From Phoronis australis (lineage: Eukaryota; Animalia; Phoronida): a stretch of DNA of 47,549 bases. The notes under the pieces were generated by a model. It saw only the letters and a program-made list of their open reading frames with translations, searched no databases and was not told where the DNA came from. The position numbers and the translations under genes were made by a program. Shown one piece after another: positions 46,976-47,549 of this stretch. The stretch's first letter is position 1; each line of letters starts with the position of its first letter. The stretch lies in NCBI GenBank assembly GCA_002633005.1, contig NMRA01001154.1, forward strand, positions 1 to 47,549, given 5' to 3'.

Positions 46976-47549
46976 TTAAAACTGTTGTTGTTTTCTTTAA
47001 CAATTCTGTCTCAGTTTTGAGTTGCTAAATGATATATCGTCTGCAACTCATGCCCGGTCCCTCGGTAACTGCAATATCAAATATTGTTGTTATTTGACTA
47101 TTTTCAGGAGATGTTACAAGTTCAATGCACAGTTACAGTTGTTTTCATCTTTGTTATCTCTTTTCAAGTAATAAATCGTTACATTTAAAACTGTTTATTT
47201 TACTGGAGAAAACTTACAACATAACGCACAAGTACATGTGCATGTATATAGGATGTGATCCACCACGGGAACAGTCTGAGTGAAGTTTTAAGACATCTAG
47301 GCTGCCGAAAAAATGACAAAAATTTAGAAATTCGAAGCGTATGGAAAAATACAAATCGTACCTCGATTGGCGTACCTAAGGTAATATCCCACGATACATT
47401 ATTCCGCGTATCGACCGAGACCTTCATGTACGCCACTCTCGGTATACGTTTAGTCTGTATATGCTGCCTTCTATTATCCTGCTAAGCCTCTATTCAGACA
47501 CCTTTCCCTGTGCACTGAGCTAAGTAGGTCACCACTGCTGTGCGCACTG

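Noticed and set aside
1-47549. CRISPR arrays, rRNA, tRNA or prokaryotic operons
   Set aside because: None seen; the sequence is spliceosomal-intron-rich animal DNA.

Overview
Intron-rich invertebrate animal DNA; frequent TACATGTA octamers hint at a spiralian or other marine invertebrate, which is an inference. There are two + strand host genes. (1) The 3' part of an astacin (M12A) metalloprotease gene, with 19 coding exons reconstructed by hand at 647-26960. All splice phases are consistent, giving 790 aa in the window with the architecture astacin C-terminus-EGF-CUB-EGF-MAM-MAM-EGF-MAM. (2) A secreted SE-cephalotoxin-like gene at 35608-40937: signal peptide, helical region, EGF, Sushi-like, TSP1, LDLa and a C-terminal three-repeat beta-trefoil-like domain. 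It has an unresolved reading-phase mismatch in intron 1. The rest is transposon debris: two Penelope-like retroelements (PLE), an Academ-type DNA transposon relic, two TTAA-flanked Kolobok-type elements and small MITE families. There is also a long inverted repeat carrying a minimal hammerhead ribozyme near each outer end, one arm of which is split by a Kolobok-type insertion.
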